Origin: a virus | IMG/VR virus record: IMGVR_UViG_3300036780_000012 | Coordinates: 1 to 64,000 of that record | Direction: 5' to 3' (one strand) | DNA: 64,000 bases | Shown here: piece by piece, positions 29,391 through 39,292 of the stretch | How positions within the stretch are numbered: the stretch's first letter is position 1 | Layout of the letters: each line of letters starts with the position of its first letter | The notes under the pieces: model-generated | Databases searched by the model: none | The model's input: the letters and a program-made list of their open reading frames with translations, nothing else | What the model was told of the DNA's origin: nothing | Position numbers and translations under genes: made by a program

Positions 29391-30934
29391 TGCATCAACT
29401 CCTGCAGTGCATCCTTAGAACTAGCAGCACTTTTCTTAGCTTTTGCTTTCCCGTTCGGCTTGCCACCTTCTGGCTCAGGAGGATTCTCGGCTAACTCCAT
29501 GCTCTGCTCGCCCTGTTCCAGCATCTGCCCATGCTGCTCCTCGGCCATACTTGCACCCGTAGTTTGGGAGGCAGACTTAATATCGTCGTCGGTTATGTTC
29601 GTCCAGCGCCCGCTGATCTTCGATAATTGCCGGAGTTCCTTTAATGCAGTCTGCGGCGAACATATACCGGCATTAAATACACCAGTTACATTCGCAGCGT
29701 CTTGGCTGCCAATCTGCGCCTTATCATTGTCGCTCAGCACCCAAAGACTGCGAAAATCAAGAGTAAAGCCTTCAGGCAACTTAACCCCTTCGCTCTGCGC
29801 AATCGCTCGATAAATACGAGTCAGCGGAACAAGCAGCCACCTATTCTGCTGTTGTTTGATACCGTCGTAGTACGTTCGCAGATCGGACTCACCAGTAGCA
29901 TTCATACCGATAGGGGATTGACCGAAGAGGCGCGTGAGGGGAATCTGAAGCGCACCGCCTAATTGCTGTCCAAACTGAATCAGAGCATCACTAAGGCCAG
30001 AGAATGATGGCTGAGCCATAGCCGCAAGCTCGTCCTTGCCGTCGATGAGCGTAATACCCTCAATCGACTGCAACCGCCGCATGAACTCGGTATAGCGTAA
30101 TAGGTTCTGCTCGCCTGGTCCACCGTTAGCTATAATCTCTCGCATACCGTCGATCTTGTAGCAACGCAGATAAGCCTTGTAGACAAGCTGTGCCGCTCCG
30201 GTAGTGGCTGAGTCGAAAGCAACCATGCGATCATACAGGCGCTCTAGTACCGATATGCCCCAGAGGTTCTCCATTACGCGCTGCCAGTAACTTAACCGAA
30301 TGCCTTCCAGTCGGAGACACCGCGAGTAATGGATTTTCTGCTTGATAACTGCGGGTGCTGTAGCGAGCACGGTGTAGAACTTAGGCAAGCCGAGATCGGG
30401 ACCAAGGTCAGTTACCAAATCGTTCAGTGATGGATCAATCATCCACCGATCCAAGACTAGTAAACCCTTGAACTGATCCTTCCCGATAGTCTCCAAGCGT
30501 AGCGGCGTCTCCATCCGCTGCCCGTCAACTAGCATGACTGCAATAGCGCCACCATACAGCCTCGACCATTTCACCGTGTCCGAGATTGCCGGCCAAATCT
30601 GAAATGTATTGACCGCCCGATCCATATGCTCGATATCGTCAGGCTTAACGTCACCCCTGATATCGGCCCCAGCGCGCGTCATGTCATCAGCTACAACATC
30701 GACTGCTACGCCACCAAGCCATGAGCCGCGATGAATCCATTCGAGCAGGGTACGGATTCGGGTTATTGGATTAAACCCGTAACTCGATGAACTTAAAAGA
30801 TTGTCGGTTCCTATTCCTAAATTCGCTGCAAAATTTTGGAGAGAGTCTGCGGTCTTGTTCAAGCGCAAGTCGCGGGCTTTTTTGTCAGCAGCTAGTGCCT
30901 GTTTGACGACGCGCTTGATACTGGCTTTCGCCAT
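29387..30934 (-). CDS. Portal protein (DUF1073 family)
   Basis: ADDMTRAG, RLYGGA, IHYSR, IPLTRLFGQSP.GMNATGESD..YYD motifs. Confidence 0.92.
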   Translation of the reverse strand: MAKASIKRVVKQALAADKKARDLRLNKTADSLQNFAANLGIGTDNLLSSSSYGFNPITRIRTLLEWIHRGSWLGGVAVDVVADDMTRAGADIRGDVKPDDIEHMDRAVNTFQIWPAISDTVKWSRLYGGAIAVMLVDGQRMETPLRLETIGKDQFKGLLVLDRWMIDPSLNDLVTDLGPDLGLPKFYTVLATAPAVIKQKIHYSRCLRLEGIRLSYWQRVMENLWGISVLERLYDRMVAFDSATTGAAQLVYKAYLRCYKIDGMREIIANGGPGEQNLLRYTEFMRRLQSIEGITLIDGKDELAAMAQPSFSGLSDALIQFGQQLGGALQIPLTRLFGQSPIGMNATGESDLRTYYDGIKQQQNRWLLVPLTRIYRAIAQSEGVKLPEGFTLDFRSLWVLSDNDKAQIGSQDAANVTGVFNAGICSPQTALKELRQLSKISGRWTNITDDDIKSASQTTGASMAEEQHGQMLEQGEQSMELAENPPEPEGGKPNGKAKAKKSAASSKDALQELMQ

Positions 30935-31512
30935 TATGCCGCCACCTTGCGGATCATTTGCCACTCTTCCATGGTTCTAGCGCCCTTACTTTGATTACAG
31001 GGGGGACAGAGTAACTGTAGATTGCTAGGCCAGTTCGAACCGCCTCTCGCTATAGCAAGAATGTGATCAACATGATACTTAGGACTTAGGTTGGATGGAC
31101 AAGCCGCACAGATCCCTTTCTGTTTCTGGAATAAAGCGATAATATCTTGTGGGCTGTGCCGACCTCCTACTAACCGTTTTCTTGCTCGACGATTGCGAAC
31201 GAGAACTGCTGCCTTAAGACGTTTCCCTACGATATCACGCTCCCTAGACCTAACTTCCTGTTGTCGAACTTTATCGCGATTAGCTCGTTTCCATTCACGA
31301 TTAGCAGCAATGCGTTTTGCTTTGTCTTTTCTGTAGTGCAGTTTAAGATATTCTCGACAATCGCGAACTCTCCCCTTTTCGCGTTCATGTTTGCAGCTTA
31401 CACATGTCTTTGTAGAGATGATACGTTCGCATACATGGCCGCGCTTGCATGGTATACCAGTGAAATAGCGAGTCGGAGAAATGAATGCAGAAGCAGGAGT
31501 CTTGGCACTCAT
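30934..31512 (-). CDS. HNH endonuclease
   Basis: YFTG.PCKRGH; CAAC...HVDHI..GGSN..NLQLLC..CN. Confidence 0.9.
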   Translation of the reverse strand: MSAKTPASAFISPTRYFTGIPCKRGHVCERIISTKTCVSCKHEREKGRVRDCREYLKLHYRKDKAKRIAANREWKRANRDKVRQQEVRSRERDIVGKRLKAAVLVRNRRARKRLVGGRHSPQDIIALFQKQKGICAACPSNLSPKYHVDHILAIARGGSNWPSNLQLLCPPCNQSKGARTMEEWQMIRKVAA

Positions 31513-31727
31513 GAGAAGTTCCTTCCTCGCCACCGTCTCGATGCTCTACGCGGCAAATGAATCGCCTTGTCTCCTACTTCAACTGCAGGCTGCTTCATCT
31601 TAAACGTCACGCTTTTAGCTCCAACATGTACGCTATCTGCATTCTCTGCCGCTACTGGCTTCCATTGCGCATCATTGTCCTTCTGCATCTCGCCAACCGT
31701 GCGACCCACTGGCTTAAAGTTACTCAT
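31509..31727 (-). CDS. Hypothetical protein
   Basis: ATGA overlaps on both sides. Confidence 0.55.
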   Translation of the reverse strand: MSNFKPVGRTVGEMQKDNDAQWKPVAAENADSVHVGAKSVTFKMKQPAVEVGDKAIHLPRRASRRWRGRNFS

Positions 31728-33304
31728 AAGCGCGCCCAGACATCTAATGCCTTACCTTCACCGCCGAGCCAGATGGCCGCTTGGGTCATCATGTCCACCT
31801 GATCGTCATGCGCTGCCGTGGGAAACATAGTAACTTCATCGACAAACGATGGGCACCAGGCTGCATTACGTTCAATGTACCAATCTCCGGCTTGCCATTC
31901 AGGAGCTGCTGCGAACATGCGAGCTACCTTGCCGCCCTCCGGCTCAATTTCGATTACTCCTGTAGTGTCCTTCTTGAGTGCTTGGATTACAGCGGGTCCA
32001 TTGGCTTTGTCTTCCACGATTACCGCTGTCGCTTGAGGAAAGCGTAAACGCTGATTCTTGATCTCTAGAACCGTACCCTGCATATCGAGATGTTCTCTTA
32101 CGACATTCAGGATGTAGCGCTTACGCCCTCGCACCCCTATTACGCCAATACAAACGTAATCCGAAGTCTTCAGGTCTTTGAATGAGCAATCAACAGAAAG
32201 AAATACACGACTGAATGCTGGGCTGGGAACGTCACCGGGACGCGGCAGTTTTTCATCTGGGAGGCCAGTTAGCGGATCGATGCCACCATAGTATCTCACC
32301 TCCGCCCGCTTAATCATATTCCCTTCAAGCGGTGCAGGGCGTTGCTGATACTGCCCAGCATAGACCAGTCGATTACGTTTCTTTTCCTCAACAATGGCCG
32401 GAGGGAACCTATCAGGCTGGAGAACGTCTCCCTTTAATCTCAAGTGAACTTTTCCGCTAATCGGGTAGATATATTCTTTATCTTCCTCAGCCACTAGCGG
32501 AATCACAATCTCCGTCCAAGCGCCAGGATCTTCTACTGAGACAAATCCGGCAGTATCCATCTCGTGAAGCCGCTGCATAATCAAGATGATTGAAGCTGTA
32601 GCCGGATCATTTAGACGTTGCTTAAGCGTATTCGTAATCCAGCGATTCGCTGCTGTTCGTTCCGTGTCCGACAACGACTGCTCAGACGACATAGGATCAT
32701 CGAGAATTGCAATATCGCCCCCACGTCCTTCAGCGCCACTCCCGGTAGAGGTAGCAATCATTTGCCCCATTTTGCTGTTCGAGAACTGCGTCGTGAGATT
32801 ACGGTCGGGAGCGAGTTGAAACTTGTCTGCCCATAAGCCTTGAAAGAAATTGCTACTAATCAGGTTCCTGCGCCCTACCGAGTGGTCGGTGGATAGCGAG
32901 TTTGAATATGAGGCACAGAGAAATGAAAGCGATGGATTCTGAAGCCACGCCCAACAAGGGAATGAAATTGTAGCGAGGCTGGACTTAGCGGTACGAGGCG
33001 GAACATTGATCTTCAGTCGTCGCAGTTTCTTCTGAATCACTAATTGCAGATGCTCGCAGATGTAATCGTAATGCCATGACCAACGCAATTCACGACCAGG
33101 CTCGATCACCTTCCATGCCGCTTTAAAGAAGGCCGAAAGGTTAGTCTCCATTACGATCTTGTCGATATCCGAGATAGGCGAGGCCGCTGGTGTTTCTGCT
33201 TTAATCTCAGACACTAACTGCAATACAAGCGAAAGCTCATGCTCAGTCATAACTGGCATAAGCCGTTTTATCTTATCGACCGGAATTGCGTACGCGGCAC
33301 TCAA
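31724..33304 (-). CDS. terL: Terminase large subunit
   Basis: NVPPRTAKS, AILDDP, QYQQRP, VEDKANG and HDDQVD motifs. Confidence 0.95.
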   Translation of the reverse strand: MSAAYAIPVDKIKRLMPVMTEHELSLVLQLVSEIKAETPAASPISDIDKIVMETNLSAFFKAAWKVIEPGRELRWSWHYDYICEHLQLVIQKKLRRLKINVPPRTAKSSLATISFPCWAWLQNPSLSFLCASYSNSLSTDHSVGRRNLISSNFFQGLWADKFQLAPDRNLTTQFSNSKMGQMIATSTGSGAEGRGGDIAILDDPMSSEQSLSDTERTAANRWITNTLKQRLNDPATASIILIMQRLHEMDTAGFVSVEDPGAWTEIVIPLVAEEDKEYIYPISGKVHLRLKGDVLQPDRFPPAIVEEKKRNRLVYAGQYQQRPAPLEGNMIKRAEVRYYGGIDPLTGLPDEKLPRPGDVPSPAFSRVFLSVDCSFKDLKTSDYVCIGVIGVRGRKRYILNVVREHLDMQGTVLEIKNQRLRFPQATAVIVEDKANGPAVIQALKKDTTGVIEIEPEGGKVARMFAAAPEWQAGDWYIERNAAWCPSFVDEVTMFPTAAHDDQVDMMTQAAIWLGGEGKALDVWARL

Positions 33305-33636
33305 TTTGGTTTCTGCTGCCCCTCATCAGGTAAGCGAGTTATTACTTGCTCTAACAATTGATCCAGAGCATTTTTCTTTTCCTCGCTCGTACTCATACGC
33401 ATAGGGCCACCATTAGGCCCACTAAGTTCGTAAGATTTCGTCGGCGTACCAAACCCGTAAGACAGCACTACTTCAGCAGCCCCGCGTCGGTCTGTTTCTT
33501 TAACCTTCGGGTTTCTAGCCATTCGCATCAGGATTTCGATACACTCCGGCCCATATCGCTGAGCGATAGGCTTGATAAATTCCGTCGCCTTATTTTTAGC
33601 TCCGAGCGGACGGCCCTTTTTTCTTTCAACTAGCAT
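33301..33636 (-). CDS. terS: Terminase small subunit
   Basis: GRP.GAKNK, ELSGPNGGP; directly upstream of terL. Confidence 0.75.
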   Translation of the reverse strand: MLVERKKGRPLGAKNKATEFIKPIAQRYGPECIEILMRMARNPKVKETDRRGAAEVVLSYGFGTPTKSYELSGPNGGPMRMSTSEEKKNALDQLLEQVITRLPDEGQQKPN

Positions 33637-33694
33637 TTGGTTATTATTTTATCCACCTAACTTATTACGGTTTAAGCACTTGTAGGCTTTTCGT

Positions 33695-33913
33695 TCATTT
33701 CGCGGTGGTACTCACGGCCTTCGTCGCCGAAATCAGATGACATGATCGACTAGACGCTCTGTCAATAGTTACCGAGCCGTCAGCATGATGCCTAATTGAA
33801 GGCGCGACATACTCATATCCAAGAGGGCAGTTTACCTTAATCGTTCCACCGGGAACGATGATAGAGATGCTCTCCGGTTCTACCCACTCAAGTTGCTTGA
33901 TGTCTTGACTCAT
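33695..33913 (-). CDS. Hypothetical protein
   Basis: Abuts the stop of the upstream gene; SD present. Confidence 0.45.
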   Translation of the reverse strand: MSQDIKQLEWVEPESISIIVPGGTIKVNCPLGYEYVAPSIRHHADGSVTIDRASSRSCHLISATKAVSTTAK

Positions 33914-34153
33914 CTACTTTCCTCCCGTCGTCGTTACAGCCTTCGTCGCCTGCTGCGTCTGCGCCCACCGCGTAAACCAGGAGAATAGAGCCTTGCCAAT
34001 GAAAGCTAGTAAAGCGTATAGCCCAGCCTTGTTAGTGGGTACACCGCCGCCCCAAGAAGTTAAAGCAGCAATCAAGGCAGCTACTAAACCTTGGATAAAC
34101 GAGTGGAAAGCGGTCGAGGTATTGTACTTGTTAAATATCCACTTCAATATCAT
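33914..34153 (-). CDS. Holin-like two-TM protein
   Basis: 79 aa, two hydrophobic helices, basic C-terminus. Confidence 0.5.
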   Translation of the reverse strand: MILKWIFNKYNTSTAFHSFIQGLVAALIAALTSWGGGVPTNKAGLYALLAFIGKALFSWFTRWAQTQQATKAVTTTGGK

Positions 34154-34274
34154 TCCTTCTCCTCATCGCTTCCATGATCTACTTTCGTCTTTCGCCGCGT
34201 TCCCTTCTCGCTTTTCCACTTCAACCACTCACGCCAGACTATAACCAGCCAGCGCGTTTTCAAGTCATCCCAAC

Positions 34275-34499
34275 TTAGCGGTTCCACCAAGGCGCGTTTG
34301 GTAACCGAGTAGTCAAGTCCTTCAAGGCTATCTCATTCCGCTTACAGTAGTCCTGAATAAGAATCTCATGCTCCCGCGCGAAATAATCGAAAGCTTTTTG
34401 GATATGCGAGGACAGTTGCGAGAGTCTCCATAGACCGCCAAGGATAACAATGCCTTGAATCAACAATCCCAGTATAAGTGCAATGAGTCCGATACTCAC
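34275..34499 (-). CDS. Single-TM protein
   Basis: N-terminal hydrophobic helix followed by soluble tail. Confidence 0.55.
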   Translation of the reverse strand: MSIGLIALILGLLIQGIVILGGLWRLSQLSSHIQKAFDYFAREHEILIQDYCKRNEIALKDLTTRLPNAPWWNR

Positions 34500-34729
34500 G
34501 GCGGCAGAGGGCGTTCGAGGTCAAATAATTCCTTTAGAACTCCTAGTGTAACTGCACGCTTTAACGGCTCTGGAGCGGCATGGCAAGCAAAGCAATAACG
34601 ATCTCGATTAGGACGCACGAACAGATACCCGCACGCTTCGCAAATCTTTAGTGTTACCACGATTGCGCTAGGCGATAGCGAAGGCTGACCAGCGCCTAAG
34701 TAGCGGTTAATCGTTAACGAGGCGCTCAC
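34496..34729 (-). CDS. Zinc-finger protein
   Basis: LKICEACG...YCFAC; GTGA overlap. Confidence 0.6.
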   Translation of the reverse strand: MSASLTINRYLGAGQPSLSPSAIVVTLKICEACGYLFVRPNRDRYCFACHAAPEPLKRAVTLGVLKELFDLERPLPP

Positions 34730-34938
34730 CGTGCTCCCATTCGAAAGATAGGCCAGCGCCAATGCATCATCAGATCAGCACGGCCACGCAGATACAGTTT
34801 GCGGTAGATCAGTTGAGCGTAGTTAGACTTCAAATTCTTGTGGCTCATGCCGACTACCTTGCATAACTCACGTAGCGGTTCGGTCCGCGTAGCCAGCGCC
34901 TCAGCTACTTCGTACTCGCGAGGCGTAAGCACGCTCAT
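34726..34938 (-). CDS. LuxR/GerE-type HTH regulator
   Basis: LTPREYEV...IYRKL...RADL. Confidence 0.75.
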   Translation of the reverse strand: MSVLTPREYEVAEALATRTEPLRELCKVVGMSHKNLKSNYAQLIYRKLYLRGRADLMMHWRWPIFRMGAR

Positions 34939-35034
34939 ACGAATAACATCTCCTCTTCGCGCTTAACACGAAGCATCACAGCGAACACTAGGACCAAGGT
35001 AGCGGCAATGACTAGATAGCGCATAAAACATGAA

Positions 35035-35059
35035 GGGCCGGAAGCGAAGCTCCCAGCCC
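35035..35059 (-). terminator. GC-rich hairpin (terminator or processing site)
   Basis: GGGCUGGGAG-CUUCG-CUUCCGGCCC; G.U pairs form only on the minus strand; weak U tract. Confidence 0.5.
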
Positions 35060-35645
35060 ATTTTAAATAAGGTGAATCCTCATCATCACTGCGCTAAGCG
35101 TTACGGACCATATTGTCCTCCGTTGTTTTGAAACAATCCCAAGAGAAACGCAAGACAAGTTTACGCCCGTGGCTACACGAAGTAAAGAATTAATTTTCGC
35201 TAGACGGAGCATGTTCTCTGATCCTTGCACGGCCAGCGCCCGTAATTGAAGTCTGCCCCGTCTGGGTAATCTGCTCGCGCCTTCGCTATCCGAGTTGTAT
35301 CTTCGTATGTAACCTTTACGGCTAGGTCAACAATAGAACGGCCCCGAATGCGCTTTCGCACATGGGGCCATGGCTCGCGAGAGGTTTGAATCAGGTAGGT
35401 TCGGCAGTCCGACCAGCGCACGGCATAGCAGGCTAGCGCTAAAAGCGTAAGCGCCTTGCCAGCGAAATGGGGAGGGCTGGGCAAAGCGCTTAAGTCTACG
35501 CTTCGGGGGAAAACTGGGATTTTATTATTCGCGGACAAAGCGTTGCGAAACGCTTACTTCGTACCAAAACAGAACGCCCTATGCAGGTAACCCGCTGTTC
35601 TGGCCTACGAGCCTGCTCATCGCAGGAGTCAAGTTGTGAGGTTCC

Positions 35646-35804
35646 TTACCGAAAATGTTGCGACAGACCGCTCGATCCCAAAAGCAAACTCAAAAAGTAA
35701 CAAGCTAGCGACAGCCAGCCTAACGACCACCTTGGAGCTCCAACATTGAATCCAGCAAGACATGCGAGCACGAACGCGAATACTAAAAGAATTACTGAAA
35801 TCAT
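35646..35804 (-). CDS. 52-aa two-TM protein with its own promoter
   Basis: MISVILLVFAFVLACLAG...; SD GGAGG; TGTACA-17-TATAAC upstream. Confidence 0.6.
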   Translation of the reverse strand: MISVILLVFAFVLACLAGFNVGAPRWSLGWLSLACYFLSLLLGSSGLSQHFR

Positions 35805-36051
35805 TCAGTGCCTCCGTGCTTACGATAATAGTTATATTACGAGAGTAAACATTTGTACAGAATATTTTTTCGGTCTAATTTTGACTAATCCTTCCTGATC
35901 ACCGCCGCATACTCCTCGACCTGCGTTCCTGAGTTCACCGTGACCGGCAACCATACGCCGAGCTTCGAGCACCAGTACTTATCGCCAGCCATAGCCGATC
36001 CTGAGGTTACTTGATACCAGCCGCGAAGGATTAGGCGGATATTGTGAGTAC

Positions 36052-36216
36052 TCATGCAGCCCTCATGTATTCGCGTATAGTTTTGTCCAATTTTGGACTG
36101 CGGACAAAAATCGGTCTTTTGCGCGCCATCCAGAGGGCATTAGCCAGCAAGCATCGACGGCACTTGCTATGCTCTTTTGCCCTCTGGCGCTGACAGTTTG
36201 GATTCGAACATTTCAT
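36052..36216 (-). CDS. Small Cys-rich protein
   Basis: MKCSNPNC...CRRC...SPKLD, hand translated. Confidence 0.55.
   Translation of the reverse strand: MKCSNPNCQRQRAKEHSKCRRCLLANALWMARKRPIFVRSPKLDKTIREYMRAA
36085..36098. repeat. Dispersed palindrome copy 3 (GTCCAATTTTGGAC)
   Basis: Inside ORF 36052-36216, read as SPKLD. Confidence 0.85.
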
Positions 36217-36633
36217 TTAGTGAAGTACCGGAGCGTCTACGGTAACCTCTGCTGAGGTTCCATTCTCGCCAACGCTTGTCGTAGTAATTTCCGGCTCTGG
36301 CGGTGGGAAGTCCGTTGCCTTCTGCGTTGTTTTCTTCTTTGCTGGCAGTTCGCCAATCTTGACTTTCACCTTCTCATCTACGGCCTGTACCCAGCAATGA
36401 ACGTCTGCATGATGGTATTCGGTTTTCTTGTGCTTCTTCATCAACAGTAGAAGATCGTCATTCAATTCGCCTTCTTGTTTCGTCAGGTCCATGCGCTGAT
36501 CGCGGATATCGGCATACTCTTCCGCTTTCTCTTCAAGTTCGGCTAGCGCACGATCTTCCATTCCGGACAGCGTTCCCTGTTTCGGACCTTTCTTCGCTTT
36601 CTTCTCAGTCGTTTTCTTTGCTTTTGGTGGCAT
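36217..36633 (-). CDS. Lys-rich coiled-coil hypothetical protein
   Basis: MPPKAKK start; SD GAGG. Confidence 0.65.
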   Translation of the reverse strand: MPPKAKKTTEKKAKKGPKQGTLSGMEDRALAELEEKAEEYADIRDQRMDLTKQEGELNDDLLLLMKKHKKTEYHHADVHCWVQAVDEKVKVKIGELPAKKKTTQKATDFPPPEPEITTTSVGENGTSAEVTVDAPVLH

Positions 36634-36793
36634 AGTTTTCCTCGCTTGAAATATCTCCCGTATGCAGAACCTCTCAGCTTTGCTAATGGGGCTACGGGGG
36701 ACCCGGAGGTAGGCTGTTTTGGCACCCGCAACTTCCTACCCGCCACTCTTTACTACGATTCCTCCGCTTGTTAGGCAGAGTGTGCCAACGCTT

Positions 36794-37327
36794 TTACGCC
36801 GCGCTCTCGCTGATCGTGAAACCAGCCGGACTGCTGTCCGAGGTCACATCAATTGCATTGGCTGCGGTACTGATTGTCGCTCCGTTGGTCAAAGTATCCG
36901 AGAACGTTACCACGATTCCCGTAGCATCGACGGGAGGCTGTGGAACGGTACTCAGGAATACGAGGCCGGTTGTATCAGGCAGACGCGGAGGATTCGCTGT
37001 CGGATCGCCAGGGTCTTGTACTGGATTGGTCAACGAAGCAGGCGCACTGCTTGTTCCGGTAATTGGCCCACTACCGCTCGGCAGCGCAACCGGATTGCCT
37101 GCCGCATTGACTGGCTGGAGCGTAAACAGAACACCTTTGCCATCGTCAAGAATATCGAAGTCAACTGTTGCTTTTGCTTTTGCCATTTTCTTTTCTCCTG
37201 TGCTGATTGATACTACATTTTCGGTTATGTTGAATTTAACTGGATCGAGGAAGAACTCGCGGATTAACCGGAGATCGTGCCCTATCTTCTCCAGCGCTTC
37301 CGCGATGCGCCATAGTTGTTCTGGCAC
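36794..37327 (-). CDS. Ig-like beta-sandwich hypothetical protein
   Basis: Thr/Pro-rich beta pattern; alternative start MAKAK with SD AGGAG. Confidence 0.55.
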   Translation of the reverse strand: MPEQLWRIAEALEKIGHDLRLIREFFLDPVKFNITENVVSISTGEKKMAKAKATVDFDILDDGKGVLFTLQPVNAAGNPVALPSGSGPITGTSSAPASLTNPVQDPGDPTANPPRLPDTTGLVFLSTVPQPPVDATGIVVTFSDTLTNGATISTAANAIDVTSDSSPAGFTISESAA

Positions 37328-37335
37328 CTTACCTC

Positions 37336-38067
37336 CTAGGCCGCTTTCTCGCTAGCCTTTGCTTCGGAAAACTTCACGCCGTCCCAGCCATCCTCGCTGT
37401 ACGCCTTACGAGCCGCACCGTTCATAACCATGCCGTTGTGCTTCTTCATCTTAAACTTATCGAAGGTTGCAAGCGGCACGGCATAGCCCTGATCGAGTTT
37501 CCCTTTGATGCGAATCGTCGCACAAATGGCTACAGGCAAATCGTTTGCCTTAGCGAATTCTTGCGCAGCATCAAGTCGCTTCTGGGAAAGTTGCAACCAT
37601 TGGCCCCGAGCCTCAACGCCGCGCTCATAGTTTACCTGGTGCCAGATGACAGCCGCTTTCCTGCCAAACAGGAGAGCAGTGTAGACGTTAGGAGTCTCTG
37701 TCGGAGTCAGTTCGACTTCCCGCTCAGGCTTCGCAAAGGGGTGATCAACGCGAGGATTCGCAGACTTGCTCGGCTTTTTCTCTTTGGATTTCTTCGCAGC
37801 CTTGGGCGCTTTCTCTTTCTTAGCCTTCGGCTCTTTCTTGGCTTTAACTTTCTTCGCCTTCGTCACAGTTTCCTCCACTTCCTCGTCGCTGGCGACTTCT
37901 ACGCCGCGTTCAATTGATTCAAGCACCAGTTCTGCCCGATTCTCAATGTCCGGGTTGGCTAGAGCCTGCACATGTTTCTTGTAAATCTCTTTGGCTTTTG
38001 CGATTGTGCAACCACGCCGTTCTTGAATCTTTCCAGCGGCTTCTAAATCAAAATAATTGAACTCCAA
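37336..38067 (-). CDS. Protein with histone H1-like Lys/Ala linker
   Basis: TTG start after GGAGG; KAKKVKAKKEPKAKKEKAPK. Confidence 0.65.
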   Translation of the reverse strand: MEFNYFDLEAAGKIQERRGCTIAKAKEIYKKHVQALANPDIENRAELVLESIERGVEVASDEEVEETVTKAKKVKAKKEPKAKKEKAPKAAKKSKEKKPSKSANPRVDHPFAKPEREVELTPTETPNVYTALLFGRKAAVIWHQVNYERGVEARGQWLQLSQKRLDAAQEFAKANDLPVAICATIRIKGKLDQGYAVPLATFDKFKMKKHNGMVMNGAARKAYSEDGWDGVKFSEAKASEKAA

Positions 38068-38102
38068 GACTTCCTCCGTGATGGCTAACCCATCTGGTGA
38101 AC

Positions 38103-38130
38103 ACCGTAGCATAATGCATCACGATGTCAA
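38103..38130 (-). promoter_or_regulatory. Sigma70-like promoter
   Basis: TTGACA(38130-38125)-16-TACGGT with extended TG. Confidence 0.5.
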
Positions 38131-38168
38131 TAACTTTTATCTTTGTGGAGTGAATGACTTGCAGAGTG

Positions 38169-38912
38169 TCATGCTCCTACATTCCAAAATAACGCTCCAT
38201 CCGATCCATGCTCTTGGATAAAACTCCAAACCTTAGCATCGTAATTACTGCAACTCGGAAAAGGAGGAATGATCTTCGATGGTTGCTCGAACTTTTCCAA
38301 TGCCTTCCATAGTTTTGCTCGATCCACATTACATTTGGCACCGACTTGGACAGCATTAAACTCCGATTCAGGCCATGCAGATTGCAGCGCTCGCGATAGA
38401 GTTCCACTACCGGCGCAAGCCCATACTTCTCTGGGCTTAATCGGCATCGCAACGGCAACCTTAGAGAACTCAGCAATGGCTTGCGGATGATCTACTCCGA
38501 AGGGTACTAACGACGCCCCAACCTCTTTCGCATAGGTCCGCGCCCGAAACTGGACGACAGAGAGATAACCATTTGGGATCATAACGATCTTTGCGCCTGC
38601 TTCTTCAGCGCGGAGCGTTCGAGCGTGGAGTTCTTTGCGCTGGGCCGTAAAGATAGTAGCTTTGACGCCAATCATGGCACAGCAATGAGCTAATGCAATC
38701 TGAGCATATCCGAAGGCAGGAGATGCGTAAACCCATTCCGAGTTTGGGTTAGATTGTATGAGCGGCAGAATATATCGCATCTTCGAGCCACCAGCGAGTA
38801 AATCATCACGCACAACATAAAATCGCCCAACCTTTTCAATTACTGGCGCTGGCAGCGAGATGGACGATTCGAGATCCAGTGAAGGCCAGTGCATGTTTAA
38901 TAGTTGGCTCAT
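38169..38912 (-). CDS. PLP-dependent enzyme (fold type II, phage DNA-modification-associated type)
   Basis: VVRDDLL.GGSKMR (PLP lysine), CAGSGTL, NYDAK.W and LFWNV motifs. Confidence 0.8.
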   Translation of the reverse strand: MSQLLNMHWPSLDLESSISLPAPVIEKVGRFYVVRDDLLAGGSKMRYILPLIQSNPNSEWVYASPAFGYAQIALAHCCAMIGVKATIFTAQRKELHARTLRAEEAGAKIVMIPNGYLSVVQFRARTYAKEVGASLVPFGVDHPQAIAEFSKVAVAMPIKPREVWACAGSGTLSRALQSAWPESEFNAVQVGAKCNVDRAKLWKALEKFEQPSKIIPPFPSCSNYDAKVWSFIQEHGSDGALFWNVGA

Positions 38913-38938
38913 AGTTCATCTGTCCACCTTTCGCGGAA

Positions 38939-39292
38939 TTACAACGACAATGGCTGAGTTAGCGAGAATGGCCGACTGCCAGCGTTACCATTGCATAAAC
39001 AACAGGAAACTCCATTCATCAACTCGCCCGTCTCCTCGTTAACAACCCGGTCGTCTCGAAAGCCACCATGCCCTCCCCTACTTCGCTGGTGATCGAACGT
39101 AGGGTCAACGATTAAATGATTGCCGCGAACGCAGATATTATGCTGACGTAAGCGCATTTCTTCAGTACGTCGCATGTACTCTGCTCTACCTTTCGCTGTA
39201 TCGCAGCACACCTCGCGCCCATTCGGGTATCGACGCACGGCACCGTCACAAACTAATTCATACCGTAACGATGGTTTCGCTGAAACTGTCAT
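38939..39292 (-). CDS. HNH-like nuclease
   Basis: FDHQRSRG...CCLCN. Confidence 0.55.
   Translation of the reverse strand: MTVSAKPSLRYELVCDGAVRRYPNGREVCCDTAKGRAEYMRRTEEMRLRQHNICVRGNHLIVDPTFDHQRSRGGHGGFRDDRVVNEETGELMNGVSCCLCNGNAGSRPFSLTQPLSL

Noticed and set aside
35200-35538. 112-aa ORF with TTG start
   Set aside because: No clear SD or motif; left uncalled
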